A stretch of DNA of 30,627 bases from Candidatus Thorarchaeota archaeon (lineage in GTDB: Archaea > Asgardarchaeota > Thorarchaeia > Thorarchaeales > Thorarchaeaceae). The DNA lies in assembly GCA_016933575.1 (NCBI GenBank), contig JAFGAR010000076.1, positions 1 through 30,627 of the forward strand, given 5' to 3'. Below are positions 25,427 to 30,627 of this stretch, in pieces. Below the pieces are notes generated by a model, which ran no database searches, was not told the origin of the DNA, and saw only the letters and a list, made by a program, of their open reading frames with translations. Made by a program: the position numbers and the translations under genes. Within the stretch, counting starts at the first letter, position 1; every line of letters begins with the position of its first letter.

Positions 25427-26314
25427 TTGAGATTGGAGAAGTCATTATTATTTCGTGAAACTAATGGTCTGTCATCTCCACTCTCCTGCCTATCTGTTGA
25501 TAAAAAGGGGCGCTTTCTTGTCTGTGGTGATGCAGACGCAAACATCTATGTGGTAGACATCCGCACTGGAAAACGAAAACAAAAGATCGACGGCCATGAA
25601 GGTCCTATCACAGCAGCTTTTTTCGCAGGAGACAAAAACCACATAATCTCTGCAAGCTGGGATAAGACAACACGACTTTGGGACAGTAAGGGCTCCAAAG
25701 AACCAACAATTCTGAAACATGGAGCTGAGGTCAAATCACTCTCATTAGGACTAGATCAAGGCAAGGGTGCAGCTGGAGACCGAGATGGCGAGGTGAAGGT
25801 TTTTTCTTTGAGTAGCCTCAAATCCATGAGAAATTTGCAAGCGCATAGTACCGATGTTATTGGAATTTCCTTCATCAATGATGGTTCCAATCTTCTGACA
25901 ATGTCTTTGGATGGAGAATGCAAGATCTGGGATCTTAGTTCCTACGAAGTCATCGCAGAATTGCCTAGAATCAAAGATCGCATCAGGTCAGTTGCAACAA
26001 CGGTCGATAGTACGCGGTTGATTCTTGGTCTACATTGTGGTAAAATTCTATCAATCAATCTCGAAGAACCAACACACATTGATGAACTACTTGGTCACTC
26101 GGATGTAATAGCAGGACTCTCCACTGACTCGACCGGAGAGCGTCTAGCTTCGGGTAGTTGGGACCGGACGCTTCGTATCTGGTCTCTGAATAGTCTGAAG
26201 GTGATATCTTCTGGAACTCTACTTTCAGGCATTACAGCTGTTGAATGGGACCCAAAGGATGAGCTTGTCTATTCTGCTGACTTTTCGGGTTCGATTACAT
26301 CATGGGGGATTTAG
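25427..26314 (+). CDS. Stand-alone WD40-repeat protein (about 7 blades)
   Basis: GH...SASWDKTTRLWD, AH...SLDGECKIWD and GH...SGSWDRTLRIWS repeats. Confidence 0.92.
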   Translation: MRLEKSLLFRETNGLSSPLSCLSVDKKGRFLVCGDADANIYVVDIRTGKRKQKIDGHEGPITAAFFAGDKNHIISASWDKTTRLWDSKGSKEPTILKHGAEVKSLSLGLDQGKGAAGDRDGEVKVFSLSSLKSMRNLQAHSTDVIGISFINDGSNLLTMSLDGECKIWDLSSYEVIAELPRIKDRIRSVATTVDSTRLILGLHCGKILSINLEEPTHIDELLGHSDVIAGLSTDSTGERLASGSWDRTLRIWSLNSLKVISSGTLLSGITAVEWDPKDELVYSADFSGSITSWGI

Positions 26315-26925
26315 TCTAGATCCGAAGTATTTCTCTCAGGTAATGATGCTCTAATGTCTATACCCAAAAAACCCTCATTATTCCATGTGAGACGGACTCT
26401 TCCATACCTGCCATTCACTGGTGGTTTTCCATCTATTACAGAGCCTCGTGGTTCTCCTTTCAGAATCTCTGCGATCTGTGATGCAAAGCTATTCCTACTC
26501 CTTTTGTCATAAGGTATTGGAACTTCTGTTCGGTCTTGTAGTTTGAGTGTGATAGTTCTATCATCAATCTTGATGATTGGTTGAGACAGAATCATTCTTC
26601 CAAACTTGAAAAAGGGGATTTTATCCCTCATACTCCTGACATTCACAGCTAGCCTTCTATGAGTAGCAATCTCTGAAATGGCTGTCTTTATAACATTCTC
26701 AAGATAGACTGGTCTTTTGTCATACTTTTCAAAGAACTCGTCTTGGATAATCTCTTGAATTTTAACAAGACTTGTGAGATGATTCTTGACAATAATCTTA
26801 ATGACCCAGTTAGTGCCCATATGGTACCTCTCAAATTCTTCTCTAATGACTAGTTGTTTCTCCCTTGTTAGTGCGACACTCAGAAGTTTTAGGATTTCAA
26901 TGTCCCTCTTTGGCATTATGACCAC
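26311..26925 (-). CDS. TnpB/Cas12f-like N-terminal (REC+WED) region without RuvC
   Basis: LTREKQLVIREEFERYHMGTNW, TSLVKIQ..FFEKY..VYLENVIKTA, KIPFFK, IKIDDRTITL and GRVRLTW..GFLGIDI follow the TnpB N-terminal pattern; stops before any RuvC-I motif. Alternative ATG at 26916. Confidence 0.6.
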   Translation of the reverse strand: MVIMPKRDIEILKLLSVALTREKQLVIREEFERYHMGTNWVIKIIVKNHLTSLVKIQEIIQDEFFEKYDKRPVYLENVIKTAISEIATHRRLAVNVRSMRDKIPFFKFGRMILSQPIIKIDDRTITLKLQDRTEVPIPYDKRSRNSFASQIAEILKGEPRGSVIDGKPPVNGRYGRVRLTWNNEGFLGIDIRASLPERNTSDLD

Positions 26926-26977
26926 AATCCAATACTCACATTGTGGTTCTAATCAATCTAACTAATTAAAAAACATA

Positions 26978-28009
26978 CTAGACACGTCGAATAAGAAACT
27001 CCACCTCATTGATTATCCGGCTAATCTCGGAAGGTTGTATATCATAAGCTCCGTGCTCAACCAGTATATCATGAAAGAATGTTTCTTCAGTATCCCTTAG
27101 TCTGCCAATAAAATCTGTATCGTCAGAAATTGTATCTCCCTTGAGTGCAACTATCGCTTTTCCAAGGGTAGAAGTAGCCTCACGCATTTCAAGTACTGCT
27201 AATTCATAGTCGCTACCGTATGTGAGTCCTAGTGAACCATAATACTGTCGTTGAGCCTGCGCGAGTAATCTTGTTACCTGTGATAATTGACCATGGTCTT
27301 CTGTTTCAGCCAGATGTTTCTCTAAACGTTCCAACCATTCTCTCAAATCTTCAAGAACCTTGAGCAGTCTTGGTTCATCCATCCCCTTCAACTTGTATGT
27401 TCTCAAAAAAAGTTGATATGCTATCGGATTTAGCATACGGACCTCTGTGAGTACTTCAGCAGGCTTTAGCACTGTGAAGATGTCATTTGCCATCACTATT
27501 ACACGACCAAATTGGTAAAGGCCCTCACGCATTTCGTAGATGGCACTTGCAAAGTCATCACGACTTGCGTACGTTTTTGCTAAAGTGAGAGTGTTTAAGG
27601 CAAGTTCCTTCATCTTATTGATGACAGTATCTGACCATGAATATTCCATAGCTTTCTTTTGCCATCTCTTGAGAAGATCATCTGTGTCAAAAAGTATTCT
27701 TGATGATCTGAGTCTATTGACAGCCTCGGAGATTTTGAGTACATCCTCAGTCTTGTAGTTTAGAACATCCTCGATTTCCCCCACTGTCATGAAGGCCATA
27801 TCAATCAGAACTTCCTTGTGGGTAGACATGAGCCGAACAGGTGCTTCACCAGCATCCCAGATTATCCCAATATCCAAGTCTGAGTTTGCGGTAGCAGTCC
27901 CTTTCGCGAAGGATCCATATACGAAGATGCCTTTCACATTCTCATGATTCTTCCATTCTTTGACAGTATCATCAAGTACCATTTTGAAGCGTTTTTGAAT
28001 ATCCGTCAT
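26978..28009 (-). CDS. Pol-beta-type nucleotidyltransferase fused to two HEPN-like helical domains
   Basis: GIFVYGSFAKGTATANSDLDI; repeated DFASAIYEMRE / DYELAVLEMRE helices. Confidence 0.8.
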   Translation of the reverse strand: MTDIQKRFKMVLDDTVKEWKNHENVKGIFVYGSFAKGTATANSDLDIGIIWDAGEAPVRLMSTHKEVLIDMAFMTVGEIEDVLNYKTEDVLKISEAVNRLRSSRILFDTDDLLKRWQKKAMEYSWSDTVINKMKELALNTLTLAKTYASRDDFASAIYEMREGLYQFGRVIVMANDIFTVLKPAEVLTEVRMLNPIAYQLFLRTYKLKGMDEPRLLKVLEDLREWLERLEKHLAETEDHGQLSQVTRLLAQAQRQYYGSLGLTYGSDYELAVLEMREATSTLGKAIVALKGDTISDDTDFIGRLRDTEETFFHDILVEHGAYDIQPSEISRIINEVEFLIRRV

Positions 28010-28147
28010 TCTCTGTTGCCCTTCCCGGCTCTCTTTGTATAATAACCGTATGAAATTTCCGAGGCACGATTATCAATAAAAGTATCTGATATGTTGCCCG
28101 ACACTAATTAATACCCGTATCCCCTCTTAGATTTAGAGGTTTCACTT

Positions 28148-28855
28148 ATGCCCCGGTCTGATGGAAGATCAAATGACGAGCTTAGACCAGTCGAATTCAG
28201 TAGAAACTATCTAACGCACCCTGAAGGATCTGTACTTGTCTGTATGGGCAAGACAAAAGTCATCTGTACTGCGACAGTAGAAGAGGGTGTTCCTAACTGG
28301 CTTAATGGAACTGGTCAAGGTTGGATTACTGCTGAGTATGGAATGCTTCCTCGATCAACAAATGAAAGAATGAATCGTTACAAGGTGAGTGGCAGAACCC
28401 AAGAGATTCAGAGACTCATTGGGCGATCTTTGAGAGCCGCTGTTGATATGCAAAAGATTGGAGACACGACCATAAAGATTGATTGTGATGTCATCCAGGC
28501 TGATGGTGGAACGAGAACCGCATCAATTACAGGGGCATATGTTGCCTTGTGCGATGCCTTAGATTTTATGATAAATCTCGATATGATTAACGAACGACCA
28601 TTACTTGGGAATGTTGCAGCGGTGAGTGTCGGAGTAATCAAAGGAGAGACTCTGCTGGATCTCTGTTATTTTGAAGACTCACAGGCTGATGTTGATATGA
28701 ACATCGTAATGCGCGGTAATGAGTTCGTCGAAGTACAGGGAACGGGAGAAGGTAGTACTTTCAAAAGAGATGTTTTAGATGAGATGCTTGACTTGGCCTC
28801 CAGAGGAATCTCTGAATTAATGGAGCTGCAGAATAAAGCTCTAGCTGTCAAGTAA
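28148..28855 (+). CDS. rph: Ribonuclease PH (bacterial type)
   Basis: [63 protein letters not shown] and EVQGTGE. Confidence 0.93.
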   Translation: MPRSDGRSNDELRPVEFSRNYLTHPEGSVLVCMGKTKVICTATVEEGVPNWLNGTGQGWITAEYGMLPRSTNERMNRYKVSGRTQEIQRLIGRSLRAAVDMQKIGDTTIKIDCDVIQADGGTRTASITGAYVALCDALDFMINLDMINERPLLGNVAAVSVGVIKGETLLDLCYFEDSQADVDMNIVMRGNEFVEVQGTGEGSTFKRDVLDEMLDLASRGISELMELQNKALAVK

Positions 28856-28915
28856 TCTTACACAAGCTGAAGTAAAAAAGCCATAGAATTGATTCTCTCG
28901 ACCTGCAGATGGCGG

Positions 28916-28925
28916 AAGCTTTATA
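28916..28925 (+). promoter_or_regulatory. Candidate rRNA promoter P1 TATA box
   Basis: AAGCTTTATA, near-identical to the element at 29048. Confidence 0.45.
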
Positions 28926-29047
28926 CGCAAATTCTGAAGAATTAATGTGCTCTCGTCGAGCAGAGATAGTATTGTCCGGCGGCTATGAAAGGGTTGCCGA
29001 AGACTGATTCTGGTAGACTGGCGACAGAACTACCCTCGACGTATAGC

Positions 29048-29057
29048 AAGCTTTAAA
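29048..29057 (+). promoter_or_regulatory. Candidate rRNA promoter P2 TATA box
   Basis: AAGCTTTAAA, about 360 nt upstream of the 23S. Confidence 0.5.
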
Positions 29058-29079
29058 TCACCGGCCATTTAGGCTGGCG

Positions 29080-29414
29080 GAGCGCTCACTGAAAATTCAG
29101 TGTGGTGCTAAGTTAGGTCCGGAGTTCAGATTTCTTAATCAATGAACGAAGGCTCATCGGAACCAGGTCATGAGAATGGTACCATTTCCGATGAAGGACC
29201 GTCAATGCATAGGCTTTGGTGCTGTGCACTATTAGAAGCATGTGCAGTGATTGCAGAGGATGGAAGTACACTGACCGAGAAACGTAGGATATACACCTAA
29301 CGTTAGTACGAAGTTATTACGAAACTCCTTGGCATGATTGTTCATCAATCAATCATGTTCACAAATTAGTGGACAACAGGTAATACTGTGTCAACACATG
29401 ACTAGGTCCGCAAT
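29080..29414 (+). other. Structured 5' leader of the 23S pre-rRNA
   Basis: No ORF; stems CACTGAA/TTCAGTG (29087-29102), TCATCGGAA/TTCCGATGA (29154-29194) and CATGATTG/CAATCATG (29333-29357). Confidence 0.55.
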
Positions 29415-30627
29415 TTCGCTATACGGCCAGTGGTGGATGACTAGGTTGGCTAGCCGAAGAAGGGCGTGACAAGCAGCGAAATGCCGCGGGTAGACGCATG
29501 AAGTCTTTGAACCGCGGATACCCTAATGGGACTTCCTCACATGGGTTAATACCCCATGTGGATCCGGGGTCATTCTCGGATTGGGAACGCTCGGAATTGA
29601 AGCATCTTAGTACGGGCAGGAAAAGAAAACAACTGTGATTCCCTTAGTAACAGCGAGCGAAAGGGGAACAGGCCAAACCGAATCCCTATACGATGAGTAT
29701 AGGGGGATGTGGTGTAAGGGCCAAGAACAATTGCCTACACATACGAAACTGAAGTTGTCTGGAACGACATGGCATAGAGGGTGACACCCCCGTAGGTGCA
29801 AGATGTCGGCATGTTCATGGATCCAGAGTAGCGCGGGTTGGTTATCTCGCGTGAATGTCGCAAGTACAATTTGCGAAGCCTAAATACTAAGCCAAACCGA
29901 TAGTAAACTATGTAGCGCGAGCGAAAGTTGAAAAGTGCCGCGGAAGCGGGGTGAAAAGCACCTGAAACCACTGGTTTATACAAAGGATGCTGATTACAAG
30001 ATGAGATACTCGGGGAACGAAGCACGAGTGATTGTGTTGTAGGACCTGAGTGGATCGAATCAGCATCATCCGTCTCGAAACACGGGCCAGGGAGTTCATG
30101 GGCGTGGCGAGGATAAGGCGAAGAGCCGTAAACGAAGGGAAACCGATAAGCCCGCAGCTGCTTGCAGTGAGGGGCGGCGTGTGAAAGTGCGCGAAGTCAC
30201 TCCCATGACACGAGAAACCAGTCGATCTAGGCTTGGCCAGGGTGAAGCCGGGCGAAAGCTCGGTGGAGGCCCGAGTGGGTTATGACGTGCAACTCTCTCC
30301 TTTGAGCTGAGCGTAGGGGTAAAAGGCTTATCTAGACTGGTGATTGCTCGTTCTCTGCGAAGTTGGTCGCAGCCAAGCCTCGCTTGAGGTATCATGTGGT
30401 GTAGAGCACTTTCGGATGTGCCCGGGGGGCGTCAAGCCCTTCACCATCCTGAAAACTCCGAAGCTGCATGAACCGTAGACGGCGGGAGACGGGTGCCCGG
30501 GGTAAGCCCGGCAGGCCGAGATGGGGAGAACCGAGAGTATGGTTAAGGTCCCTAAGTACCAGATAAGTGCGGTGAAGAAGGGCGTCGAGAGCCCAAGACA
30601 GTCTGGGGGTGAGCTTAGAAGCAGCTA
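29415..30627 (+). rRNA. rrl: 23S rRNA, 5' part (archaeal type, truncated by window end)
   Basis: GGTGGATG..., GAATTGAAGCATCTTAGTA, AGTAACAGCGAGCGAA, CCGTCTCGAAACACGGGCCAGGGAG, GGTTAAGGTCCCTAA and GCTTAGAAGCAGC; 5' CCAGTGG pairs with CCACTGG near 29968. The 5' end is approximate. Confidence 0.96.

Noticed and set aside
26311-26977. Active IS200/IS605 element
   Set aside because: No tnpA, no RuvC or Zn finger, and no recognisable end hairpins.
30140-30185. Supersized ES9 expansion as reported for some Asgard LSU rRNAs
   Set aside because: The region is short here; no large insertion is visible.
29607-30395. Minus-strand ORFs in the rRNA region
   Set aside because: Antisense to 23S rRNA.
1-30627. 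CRISPR array or tRNA genes
   Set aside because: No regularly spaced direct repeats and no T-loop/cloverleaf found by eye in the intergenic regions; tRNAscan-SE would be decisive.

Overview
Archaeal chromosomal window, most likely an Asgard archaeon (Thorarchaeia-like). This is inferred from an archaeal-type 23S rRNA, GGR, AfpA, Mer-like and SufC/SufB genes, a stand-alone WD40 protein and a Roadblock-like protein; it was not verified by search. Contents in order: (1) an oxidative-stress/Fe-S neighbourhood (superoxide reductase, ferritin/rubrerythrin-like, C-GCAxxG-C-C, sufC-sufB), then serS, a GT4 glycosyltransferase, nth and an MFS transporter; (2) a ~750-bp minus-strand chain of stop/start-overlapping small ORFs ending in a Roadblock-like miniprotein, divergent from two paralogous double-HTH (Lrp-like) regulators, with palindromes between them; (3) two tandem LLM/Mer-like oxidoreductases opposite afpA and a MIG-like glycosylase; (4) Zn-finger proteins, a nucleoside phosphorylase, a GNAT, two tandem amino-DNA methyltransferases with no nuclease, GGR, an M28 peptidase and a WD40 protein; (5) a TnpB-like N-terminal-only (RuvC-less) protein behind an NTase-2xHEPN-like gene; (6) a bacterial-type RNase PH and the 5' part of a 23S rRNA with no 16S upstream. 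Top candidates for undescribed biology: the small-ORF array/regulator/MFS module, the RuvC-less TnpB derivative, a structured intergenic RNA at 3074-3236, and a SufC with a relocated cysteine cluster. All family calls are by motif recognition only.
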